Shown here: positions 13,835-25,470 of the stretch, in pieces
How the letters are laid out: each line of letters begins with the position of its first letter
Numbering within the stretch: position 1 is the first letter of the stretch
Origin: Tubulanus polymorphus
Lineage: Eukaryota; Animalia; Nemertea
DNA: 64,000 nucleotides
Assembly (NCBI RefSeq): GCF_964204645.1
Contig: NW_027437472.1
Coordinates: 5,382-69,381 of the forward strand
Direction of reading: 5' to 3'
Made by a program: the position numbers and the translations under genes
Notes under the pieces: model-generated
What the model was told of the DNA's origin: nothing
Seen by the model: only the letters and a program-made list of their open reading frames with translations
Database searches by the model: none

Positions 13835-16800
13835 ATGGCTGATCTTTTATCTTTACTAGTCTTAAACAATGATGAACTAGTCCTACTACTGCAATTAATT
13901 ATTGGGGTTTAAATCGGCAATTGACGTTAATGAATTTTACTTTGTGAAAAACATGGTGGCTTGTTATTTGAAATGACATGTAAATTATGATAAATCTGTC
14001 TGAAATTTTTTGCTTTCTTCACTTTGTTTCAGCCAAACTACATCATCAAAAAGACACCCGCTAGTGATTGACCCATTTGCAGATGATAACTGCAGAAGCC
14101 CAGGTGATAAGTTGAGCCAGCGACGGATTCTTCTACAATCGGTTGTTGATTTCTATAAAACATTTTATCAGGAGCAGCAGAGGCAATAGTGTATCTTATA
14201 AACACTAATTCGCGCAGCAATGCTAATGGATTATCTTATAAACACTGATTCAGGATAAACCGTTGTTTTAGAAGCAGCAAAGACAATTATGTAGAGGAGC
14301 AGCATAAACAATAGTACATCTTATAAACACTGAAATCCAGGAGCGGCGAAGATAATAGCGCACTTCTGTAGTAAAGAATTGATTTTTTTACTTATCACCT
14401 TTTTTCAAACCAGTCTGATGGATAATATAGTGTTTTCGAGGAAACTATTTTATAATGTTTTATGCAATGTGAGTGTCTAATAAAAGCTTAGCTCCATAAT
14501 TCAAGATATTGGTCTTCGATCCTTGGTTGATAGATAAGTCAAGTAAGGTTAGTGACGAGAGGTAAATGTCAGCATCGAGCGCCTAGTTTGGACTCCTAGG
14601 TCTGTTGAGTTAACACCTTAAGTGAGATATGGTTTCAACATGATATTGTGAGTTTTATCTTCGTGCTTACTGTAGCTAAACGTAGTCAACAGTGGCTATG
14701 CCCCTGTCTGGCTTTGCCCAAGGTACCACATAGTTAGGAAACATAGAACATAGCGTTAGGCCAGTGCTCTATCTGCAAATAAGTATTTGCGGAATTGTAG
14801 ATGTATTAATTTGACGGCATTTTATGATATTTTTTCAAAGGCCTGTGTAACCAATTTGACAACTGAAATGTACATGTCAATTTTCACATCGAGTTTTAAC
14901 TTTGAGCCTCCATTAATGCGTTTGATGATCATAGCTACGTATTTGAAAACAAAAGCTTCATCTAAAAGGAGACCATTATTCACATTTGATAGGTAAAGCT
15001 AGGAATAACGAGGCATAAAGTTATAGTTAGGCCTAATTTTGAACGTTTCAACATACACATGTTTATAGCTATTTGAACTTCTTTTATTTTAATTTGTAAA
15101 TCCATATCACGAGTATAATGATTATTAAGGAGTGGCAGTGAATCGGTAGTGCTTTTTAAAAATGGGCCCAGAACTTTACGGTGAAAAAATGCCTGCAGTT
15201 GTAAATAGAGGAGTTTAAATAATACATAGGCCTAAGCCTAATATAAACACACATTTATTACATAAATTAATAAAGAATTGAATAAATAAAAAAACCAATA
15301 AATAATAAATAGTAAATAATACAAAATACAAGCACATAAATAAATAGATAATATAAAAAATAGATAAAAACGATAAACAGCAATACAAACAAACAACAAA
15401 TTAATACTCTATTTACATGAAAAAGCATTTTTTCAAATATTTATCAACAAGGTTCTTCATTCATCGAACAACCTTCTTTAAGTATGCCAAAACCCCGAGA
15501 TCTTTTCTGTTGTTATTCAAAGCATTCTATCGGACTCAGTTATTGTAATGAACAAAACAAATAACCATAAACCTCAACTTAATCGAACACACTTAAGATA
15601 ACTAATATGATATAATGCTTTGAATAACTGTGAAAGATCGACCATCCTTTGAACTAGCCGCGCTCAATCACTGCTGTGACTGTTTATTGTTATACTGGGG
15701 TAGACTTACTGTCTAAAAATCTGGTAAATACATTTTACTTTTTTAAAAGAATGTTTAACAGCTATAAACTTAAGTTATTGATTAGTTACTTATTGTATAA
15801 TTATGTTGATCTTTTCGAAGCTGGAAGAAAAAACGTCAGAAGTCAGGGCAAAGTTGGCAAAATTCAAGTTTTCTAGTGAAAGTAATGTTAATGAAAATGA
15901 AACTAAGACTGATTAATTGATACCAAGATTTCCAGAGTGAATCTGAGTGTCTCATCTCTAGTTTTAATGCTTTTATGCTGGAGACTGTTATTGTAACACA
16001 GTTCGCGTGTTTGTAAATTAGGAACTTGCATGATGATTCCTCAATTAAGATATTATTGTTGTGTGAATAAAACGATGTACATTTTCATCATTGTGTTGAA
16101 ACATTTCAGTTGGTAAGTTTTATAGCAACAATTCCACTGTGGTGCTTTTCAGTGGTTCATAAAATACTGATTTTATTAAGGGCCTGTCGAAAATAGCAGC
16201 AGTTTCTTTGAGGATACAGTGCTTATTGGTCAATTGTCCTAGCTTTGTTTTGATTATCGGTTTAACCGCGTCTGTGTGGGGGCCTGTATTATCTGGACAA
16301 GAAGAATTTCTGATCTTTATATTGAGTTGTATTTATATCTACCATCAAGTTGAATAATGTAATTAAGAAGTTACTGTAGCTTTGTCAGTCAAACCATATT
16401 TGTTTGAAGATACGCGATTTATCTTGAATTGTCACGAAGAAAAACCTTTATAATAGTTTGCAGGGTTAGATCCAAGGAATAAATGCCACTTGACCTTGGG
16501 GCAAGTTTATATGTAATATCTCTTGACCCTCAAAAATCAATTTGTCCTATATGAGCAGTGCGGTTGTGACACATTCATCCCTAGATGAAAATTAAATCAA
16601 AGACTGTTTAGTTAATCATAAGCTTTCCAGTTTGAATTTGTGTTTTAATCTCTGGTTTTAATGTTTTTATGTTGGAGACTTTTTTTTTAATACAGATCAT
16701 TTAGGTATAATTGTTGTGGGATAAAACGACATGTTCAATTGAACCATGACATGGGTGTATAAACTCTCGTTTATAGTTTATACGCCTATGGTGGTTGGAC

Positions 16801-16853
16801 TAGTTTTTTTTGAAAGTCCACGTGTTTGAGGAGCTTGCATTATTCCTCAAGCA
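13835..16853 (+). repeat. ~3-kb non-coding dispersed repeat, copy 1 (direct repeat of 35798-39783)
   Basis: Colinear similarity by eye from ATGGCTGA(T/A)CTTTTATCT through TTGTGACACA (~16570) and again at GTCCACGTGTTTGAGGA...TTCCTC(A/G)AGCAC; many indels; no long ORF. Confidence 0.85.
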
Positions 16854-16940
16854 CTCCTATTTTGTATAATTGCTGTATGAGAATAAATATGATTGATTTT
16901 AAAATTTGTCATTCGTTTAGTTAAGTTTAATATAGCAAAT

Positions 16941-17176
16941 CCTGGGCCCAGTTTCACGAAAAATTTGAAGCCTGAAACGGTTTAGTTTGAATCGTTGTCC
17001 TTATTGAAAACATGATGTAACCAATGGCATTTACACCAAAAAATGTGAGTTTAACTTTTTTGTGCTAAACTGAGCCCTGGGCCCTGGATTGAGGCCTAAA
17101 TCGTTTAAGATAAACTGAATTAATGAAAAAATTAAATCGATTTATGAGTTACACCTTTCTGTGAAACTGGGCCCTG
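16941..17176. mobile_element. Harbinger-like MITE(s) upstream of mael
   Basis: CTGGCCCCAGTTTCAC...AAACTGAGCCCTG (to 17079) and a further end TGTGAAACTGGGCCCTG (to 17176); same terminal style as 1356-1490. Confidence 0.5.
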
Positions 17177-17221
17177 TGTTTTATTCTTGCAATCTACTTT
17201 AATCCCAAAAAATAATCCCAC

Positions 17222-17369
17222 CAACTGGTGGTCCGCTGGCGCTGGCCGCCGACAACAAACCAGAGTACGACACTGTACGTTAATTACACTGGGCCCGTTA
17301 ACAGTTGTTGACGCTCAACTCGCAACTGGCAACTAGCAATCGGCAACTGGCAATGTCGTCTCAGGGCTT
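17222..17369 (+). promoter_or_regulatory. Candidate mael promoter with clustered MYB-type (YAACKG) sites and a transposon-end-like motif
   Basis: CAACTG 17222, CCGTTA 17295, CAGTTG 17302, CAACTG 17323, CAACTG 17344; ATGTCGTCTCAGGGCTT at 17353-17369; about 170-310 bp upstream of the ATG. Confidence 0.45.
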
Positions 17370-17535
17370 AATATATCGACAAGCCAAAATTGTCTATCGG
17401 AGTCTTTCTTACCGGTGCCAAAATACGTGATCTACAACTAATCTGTATTGTAAACGACCCAAACAATCAGTATTGTAAACCGCATGTAATCAATTCAATT
17501 AATTTTGTTATACACTCAAAAATAAAAGAAAAAAG

Positions 17536-20500
17536 ATGCCTAAAAAACAAGTGAGAAATAGTTTTTACTATTATATGGTGGAACAGAAACCAAAACTAGA
17601 AAGGCAAGGTCACAAATTTCCGAATGGTTTGCGAGATGTAGCTGGAGTCTGTCGTGACAGTTGGAAGGTAAGAAAGAAAGAAAGAACACACAATTATCCC
17701 CACACGACACAGGGGCTTGTAAACTGGCTTTGATTTTACTTCCGGGTTGTTGATAATCTCGCGAGAATGGCTCTAATTTAAACTGCAAATAAATTCAAAA
17801 TATCACAGAATAACCTCTTGTTGATGTTGTTTATTTATCCACTATTATAGAGTTCCGATAAACAATTGGCTGTGAAGGATCAGTATCAGCGGGCGCGACA
17901 CCTTACTATATTAAAATAACAAGGGATGAAACGGCTTCGCTTTTGCCTGTGGCCGTATTGATGCGGCGGAAACCACTGCGCATGCATAGAGCTGCTTCGT
18001 CTATGTCAACTTTTTATCATTTGTCAATGTTTTGTTTTGTTAATTTATTGCAAGTCTAATCCTAGGTATAAATGTTATATACGATATAATAAGTTCAAGT
18101 AGTTGTCTGATAGGGCGTCAAATTAGAAAAAAAACTGGAAATAACCTTTATTTGACGTTCTAGGGGAATCCGTAGATCGTCTGGTATTCGGACTGTCGGG
18201 GCCCCTGGCGCTATAAGATACGAGCGCCAGGTACTTGGCAAATTGAAATATTGTCACTTACTCTCAAGTGAATCTAATTGATAAACCTCTGATGCCATAT
18301 ATTTTGAAGGCGTTACCCGAACACGAAAAAGAGAAATATGAACAGAAAGCTCGAGAAGAGAAGGCTAAACTACGTGGCAGTGAAGGCGATAAATACCGAA
18401 TGGACAATGTTGGCAATATCTTGGCAGTAAGTTAATTTTTAGGACGGTACTTTTCAAAAGAACCAAAATTTGTTTGCAAGTTATATGAGGCAAAATCGCG
18501 TTTGAATAACAATTGTGAAGTTTTTATTATTCTTCAAGGACCGTGTTAACCCAGATGACGAACTCTCCAAAAGACAGATGAGGGAACGAAATTTGGTGAA
18601 GTCGAAATGGCCCCCAGGAAAAGGTATCCTATCATTACGATTAATTTGCTTTTGTCTCTATTCTACGAGAAATACAGTTTAAAAGCCACAGAAAATGGAG
18701 TCCAAAAGGTTTTTCTTGTCAGCTAGAGACGTGTATTTCAACATTTCGATTGTATCCTAATAGTCATTAGAGAATTTATGAAATACATCAACCTCACTCA
18801 ACAGGGATTCGAAACTGTTGCCTCAGCGATTAGGTGCCATGCATAAAGTACGTACGCTTGATTTCCAGGTATTTTAACCCCCCTCATACGTACTTTATAC
18901 ACAGCCCCTTATACGACAAACAATTTGATTGGTGCTACATGTACCTGTGCACCCGGTCTAGTATGGCAGGGTTGCATGCTGTGGCTGAATTTTGGAGGAT
19001 GGAAATATATATATATCTAGGACAAAGAGAATAAAATGATCAGAACGCATACAAACTAGGGGATAATACATACAACAAACTGGAATGCAATTGTATACTA
19101 CAGTAGTGAATATAAGTGAAAATCAAAATTGAATTTCAAATAGGCCTATTGATGTTTGAATTGTGAGTTTTTTACCGTATTATCATTTCAACTCAGCTCG
19201 AGTGTTTCATCGAGATTATTCTCGAAAATCTATGAACATTTCTGGTTCTTCTTTTGTTTTTGCAGCGCTAGTCAACGAATCGTTCTTTTTCATCGATGTG
19301 TTATTGTTATGTAAGACGGAAGAAGGCGATTATTTGCCATGTGAAATCGGCCTCGTGCAATACAGCATGAAAAAAGGAATCATGAAAAAGTTCCAGAAGT
19401 TTATCGATACGGGTAAGTATTTTGAGTAATCATGGTATATGGCTTAAAGAATTGATTTCTCGTTTCTGCTGAGCTTAAAAGTTGTCGCGGCTGGTTGTCT
19501 ATCATGTGCTAACCATTACACACCCAGCTCCTGTACAAATGAATTGATTACAAATTTTATTGCGTTTTACAAAATGACTCGGCCGATTAGGAGAAACGAC
19601 GTATCATTTTTCTGCCAAACCCATACTTCCATTAGTCGTATTTAAAAATGACAGCCAGACTGCTATGATATACTCTCATAACTCTACTGTTTCATATGGA
19701 TTCTCTTCATTTCTATATTTTCTCTATTTCTATATAAGCTCCCCATTTCTATTAGAGCATCTGACAGCTTAGCGATTTTCAGGCGACGTCTGAAAACGCA
19801 TCTGTTTTCATAACTGGTACAAAAGTGTCTTTGATCACATTTTTTGTGGATACAGGCACTATAAATACATTAATAATAATAATAATGATAATTTTCGATA
19901 TATACTACATCTGTATGTACCGGTATCTATAAGAAATAATCATTTCTATATTTTATGTTTTATCTGTAAAGTCTGTTGACATGTACCGGTATAGATAAAC
20001 ATTGTCATAATGACGCTAGGATGGCATGAAAACTAAATAAAAAATTGAACCGAAAGGAATTGATTGTTATTTTTAGGTGGAATTCCACTTGGCTACCGGT
20101 TCACTTGTAAGCAAAACAGTAAGTTGAATTTGATGTTACCCCGGTAACTGAAAAAACCCAAATGTGGATGTTTTAACTGTAAGTTTAAAAGCAATACGAC
20201 TTCAGTTAGATTGAATACCTTTTTTGGACTGTGCCTCTATAATATGCATTTAACTGAAGCATTTCTCTTAAACCAATTAATATTCAAATTTCTGATTATA
20301 ATGCTTCAGTGTTTTGTACATAACTTTCTACGTTTTCAGATCGCTTACATTGTATTTCTAATGATTGCAGGTGAAGAAACTCATAAAATTCCAATTGAAA
20401 ACTTTGACAAAGCGACAGATGATTATATGGGTGTTTGGTTGGAAATGATGAACTTCGTCAATCCAAATGGAGAAAGGGAAGAATATCCACCTCTTTACTG

Positions 20501-23500
20501 TCTGGTGAGATATATTCATTGGTATTCTATCGGGGTTCATAGCAGCCCTTGAAGGTTCTTGTAAGTTTTGAAATGGGGATGGGTCAATTCATTTAGAATG
20601 GGCTCCAAAATCCATAAATCATTGGTCCTTGAATGGCATCAGTCATTAGTTATCATCTGCAGGTCCGAGATACAAGTTCACTGTTACATCTCTCAAAATC
20701 TAAGAATGCCTGGAAAATGTAGATTTGAAGATTGAAGCGTGACAATTATATATAAATCCTGGAATTAGAGTTAAAAGAGTCGTTGGAAGACATAAAATGA
20801 GATCGGTCATGGACACCATGAACCCTGTTCTATGCAGGTGTCAACGGGCCGTTAACGATGATTTCGCTACCATTTGTATTTCGAACAGACGAATAAGTTA
20901 GAAGATGTTGAGAATGGAATGGACTGGCTGTACCGTCACACGCGTATGGGTACCTACAATCATCTGCAGAAGATCTACTGTCTGGAGACGTTGATGATAG
21001 ATATATACGCACACGTCGGTAGAAATATCTCGGAGAGGTCCGTTTACGATACACTCACGTCAAGCGCGTACGATTACGAGAGAGGCGTTGTGTAAGTTGG
21101 CATTACAGCACCGGTAGGCTTAACCGTTTCCAAGCGATGCCTGGAATAAACGTCTGATTCAGGGTCCGTACGACTCCTTGATTCCCTGAAAACTCCTTCT
21201 GAACCAAAAATGTTTTCAAGGTCCTCGAATATCCTTGAATTTTAGCAAAATGCCCAAAAGTCCTTTGAAAACTCCTTGAACTTTGAGAAATTGACAATTT
21301 GAAAGTTTTTAGGGTTTGCCTACATGGCCTAGTAGTCATAGGCATAATACACAGATTCCTCCGAAAATTAAATGGTTTAGGTGGTTACTGAATTGGAAAC
21401 CGAGTTTAGTTAGTGTTAAAGATTATATTTGCTTACGAAGTCACCGAATAAACAGTTTTCTGAGATAAATCATACTGATTTAGGAGGAGTCTACAGTAAT
21501 TGAGATACGGTATAAAAGTGATACTCTTGAAATTTTCTCCTTGAAAAGTCCTTGAATTCAGGAATGACCGATCTGTCGGGACTGTGTGATTACTTATGAT
21601 TTGACATTTTAGATGCCAATGGCATGAAGAAAATGAATCAAAGTACTGCGCTTTTGGACACTGTCAGATCTATGCGTAAGTTAGATACAAATAATTCAGT
21701 CTGGATTAAGAGGAATCAGCTTTACTAACAATGTATAACGATGGTATGTATACCGGTATTTACAGGTATGGATTTTCTGACAGTCTGGCTGATAAGTACG
21801 ATTTCAAAGTTAGCGGAAAAACACATCTTCCCCAAAAGTCATGGGATGCACCAAGGCCAACGGTATGACAATCAATATTCTGTCCTTCGGCTGAATTTAT
21901 TTCAACTTGGTGGCCACTTGCCTGGAAATCATGAAAAAAGTCAGAAAATTTTGAAAAAAGCTAAAAATCAGGGAAATTTGTTGAGATTGCTAGATGGTGC
22001 GTGAAATCAAACTTGTTTATGTCTTACATATGTCGACTGTGTTAATTGATTGGATTCCTAGCAGAGATCAAGTCATGGAAAGGGAAAAGTTTGGGAGAAA
22101 ACGAGTCAAATAAAATTGAGAACCCTGTTCAATAAAAATTTGAATTCAATATACTCACATTTTTGGTACAACTGACTTGTTTGTAGTACTGCACTAGGAT
22201 ACTTATGGAAGAGATCCTAGAATGTTCGTTTTTAGATTCCGTATGTTTCACACCGAACTCTTGTTACAGCTCATCACTCCCACTGAACATCCATTTCAAA
22301 CGCACACTTCATTCAGCACGGTCAAAAATCGCAAACCGCGGAATGCCGGAGATTCGGCGGAATTCGGAAATCAGTCAGAATCTGACAGTAATTCTACGTT
22401 TGCCGCTCGAGATTACAGATTAGCCGAAGTAAGTATCTGTATTTGTGAAAACGGTTTTGGACCCTTTCATGAGAGGTGGCTGCCTTTTGAGACCCCTATG
22501 ACATCATTAATGTACCTTTTTAAACAATATGTTATCAATGTTTAATATGATATATTTATGTAAACTGCTCCAATACGCGGTGGAGAGCGGTATCGTATTA
22601 TCATTATTATTATTATCAAATTGCCTACTAGTGATTACATCTACTGACAGGTATGTTTTCTACAAAAGTCAATTGATAGAATCACTAGTAGATTTGTTAA
22701 TGTTGGAGGAGGATTGAAGAGGCAGCGATGTTCTTATTAGAGTCTATATATCTAATAATTTGCATTCCTAGCTCGTATTTTTCATTTCTAGAATCCAGAA
22801 TTTGGCGACTCCAATTTGGAAGATGATCAAAATGAACCGCAGTTGTCGGTGTCTGTTCGAAGACCGACTAAACCGAGTAAGTTAAACAAATAAAACTCAT
22901 ATTCCTTACTCGAATACAGAACCGGTTACTTGGCATTTACAACCGCACAAAAAAAATTTTTCAAACATTAGGTGTAGCTGGACAACTTCGTCAGCCCAGA
23001 AATCTTCCCCCTGGTTATAAGCCACAGTCATCCGCAAACAATGGTGCTACTGAACCCGAGGCGATGAAAGCTGGCGCGCCTGAAAAAAGTGCATTCCCGT
23101 GGGCAGTCACTGTTAAACCTACAGTTCCGAATCTTACCGACTCCGACTTTCCGGCACTGGGAGGTATGATCTAACATCATTTCATAGATTGTTTCAGGCT
23201 ATATATTGTGTTCACTCTTTTCGTCTATCCATCGGAATCTAGTAATTTTGGGAAGTTTTGATGACGCTTCAATGGATTGTCTTGATATTTTGCTTTTAGG
23301 AGATATTTGGGTTGAAATTCATTTGATACTTTGCATAGTATTGACGAAAGGCAACTTTCTTAAGGGATCTTTCTGGAAATACTCCTTGACTAACCAGTCA
23401 TCATTGAAATGTTGATGTCCCTGATGATGGTATCTGTTCAATGTTACCAAGGCCCCATTTCCATTTTGGAAAATTGAAAAATCCCCTAGAATACTCTGGA

Positions 23501-24395
23501 ATTTCGAATTCATCTAACTGTGGGAACCAGGATATATTATCTAACCACAGTCATTTACAAAATTGTAGCTGATGTGAGGTTCTATGATTTTAGTGAGTTT
23601 CAACGTCAGTGATTACTGTATTCCTTCACCAGGGGTAGGGGAATATTGAAATATTGTCAGATAGTCAAGCATTTCACCTAGTGGACATTGTTTCCCTGGA
23701 CACCTAGGAACAAATGTCGAAGAATCTTGAGTAAAAACATAAAACTAATTTATTTCTATTCTAGGAATTGGAAGAGGTGCTGGAAAATTTGCCGGTCGTC
23801 AGGCCCCTCCCCCACCATCTTCAGCCCCACAGCCACCAACCTCATGGCGACCTGGTAAGATCATAGATTCTTGTCACCTTGGTGATACGAAAATTGAGCT
23901 GTAGCAAAGAATTACTGCTAAAATTTAATTCTACTGCAATATTTAGAATTTTGTGTTATGTTTTAGGACAAATGCTGACTCGTCCTGGAGCCGGAGCGTC
24001 TGGTAAGTGTCTGGTGTTATTTTCTATATACCACATCAGTGTAAGACTCATGTAGGCAAGGTTTACTTCATCAATTGCTTTATTTGCTTTTCTAGTGCCT
24101 CGTGGAATTGGCCGGGGATCTTGGAATATGTCGCGGATGTCAACGCCAAGTTTATCCGCCCAACAACCTAATATCTTACCGGCGAACGCCAATGGTACGT
24201 GCTTCATGACATGGAAAAACAGCTCCAGTTTTTGGCCATTGGTCGTGAAAAGATTATTGAGCACCCATTTAATGTCTGAATATTGTCATTCCAGATTCCT
24301 TCTTCGTTTCAATAGTTAAACTATATCAGAATTTTAAATTCAGTTTCTTCATTTTAGATACAGCTGAGAAAATGGCGTCTTTGAATCTAAAGTGA
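17536..24395 (+). CDS. mael: Protein maelstrom (HMG-box + MAEL domain + low-complexity RG/Pro tail), ~572 aa
   Basis: Exons 17536-17667, 18310-18426, 18539-18623, 19266-19412, 20077-20118, 20371-20504, 20889-21091, 21613-21675, 21766-21862, 22270-22428, 22792-22876, 22972-23163, 23765-23854, 23967-24002, 24096-24194, 24358-24395. All introns are GT-AG and phases are compatible (1719 nt). N-terminal MPKKQVRNSFYYYM..FPNGL..V..W HMG box; YLPCEIGLVQYSMKKGI..F..FID.G.IPLGY; SEETHKIP; C-QWH...YCA ECHC zinc motif. An in-frame alternative last acceptor exists at 24295. Confidence 0.95.
19739..19892 (+). mobile_element. 3' end of an L2/CR1-clade LINE in mael intron 4
   Basis: Translates LPISIRASDSLAIFRRRLKTHLFS*, the typical L2 ORF2 C-terminus (F+..LKTHLF), followed by a short 3'UTR and a (TAA)n tail at 19871-19892. 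Confidence 0.8.
23215..23310. repeat. Fragment of the same repeat family as the insertion at 46210-46965 (opposite orientation), in mael intron 12
   Basis: GAAGTTTTGATGACGCTTCAATGGATTGTCTTGATATTT matches the reverse complement of 46787-46826 with few mismatches. Confidence 0.65.
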
Positions 24396-25470
24396 AATTG
24401 AACTTCAAATATTATATAATTAAACATAAAAACTCTGTAATCAGATGTGCTTAATGTTTCGCCCAGAAGAGTCGATTTATTCATTTTGTTTATTCGGATT
24501 ATGTTGTAAAAGGACACATGTATCAATGCGATGTTTTTGTAATAAGATCAATTTATTTTTTCTGAAGAATATAAGTTATACCTCCAATCTAGAGAAATTG
24601 TTCCTTTCATAACCATTGCGTCGACAGAGTAGCTCAAACTCATTGAAGTTGTAATATATGTACATGTATTTGGGATGACGGTTTGATGTTTTATGCTTAG
24701 CGAAGGAATGAGGATTCAAAAGAAGTCAAACAGTAAATTGAAAAGAACTTGTTGGTCGATAGGAAGTTCTCTGTATATGAAATGTTCAATAATATTGAAA
24801 CCCTACATACCGCCAATCCTGCCTTATTCCAGGACTGGATTTTTCCTGCCTTATTCCAGGATTATTCTAAGAATGAAACGTCAGGCTGGAACTGTTTGAA
24901 CTGAAATACACACAAAGCACCACCACTCTCCATACGACCAAAACCCTTAATCACTGATGTGGGTGGTATATCGGGGGTTGACTAATCATCAATTATTGAG
25001 TTTTCCTCCTCGGTACCACCGTTCACATTTCTGTACTCAAACATGGTTAGTAGTCAAGTCTATTAATGCTACTTCAGCGCTACCTTTTGGCAAAACCTGA
25101 GGGCCCTAATTTGTGCTTACTTTTTCACAAAAAAGTGATACTTTTCTGGATATTTGTCACATCATTTGATTTTGTGGATACACAATGTTGATTAAATAAT
25201 CAAGAGCCAAGCAATTGAAAGGGTTTTCTTTAGGGCTTAAGCCTTACCACTACAAACAGATCCTAACAATGGGGACATGAGCAAAAGTTGGCAGGTCTCA
25301 ACCCTAGAGAAGTAATTTCAAGACGGATTATGCAATAATATTGAGTATATTTCATATACGAAGCATACATGAGCTCTTTATATGTGAACATTAAGGTAAT
25401 CGATTTTATACATAAATCTACATTGGAACCTTTAATATTCATGAAATTAATTTCAACCTTGATTAATCAT

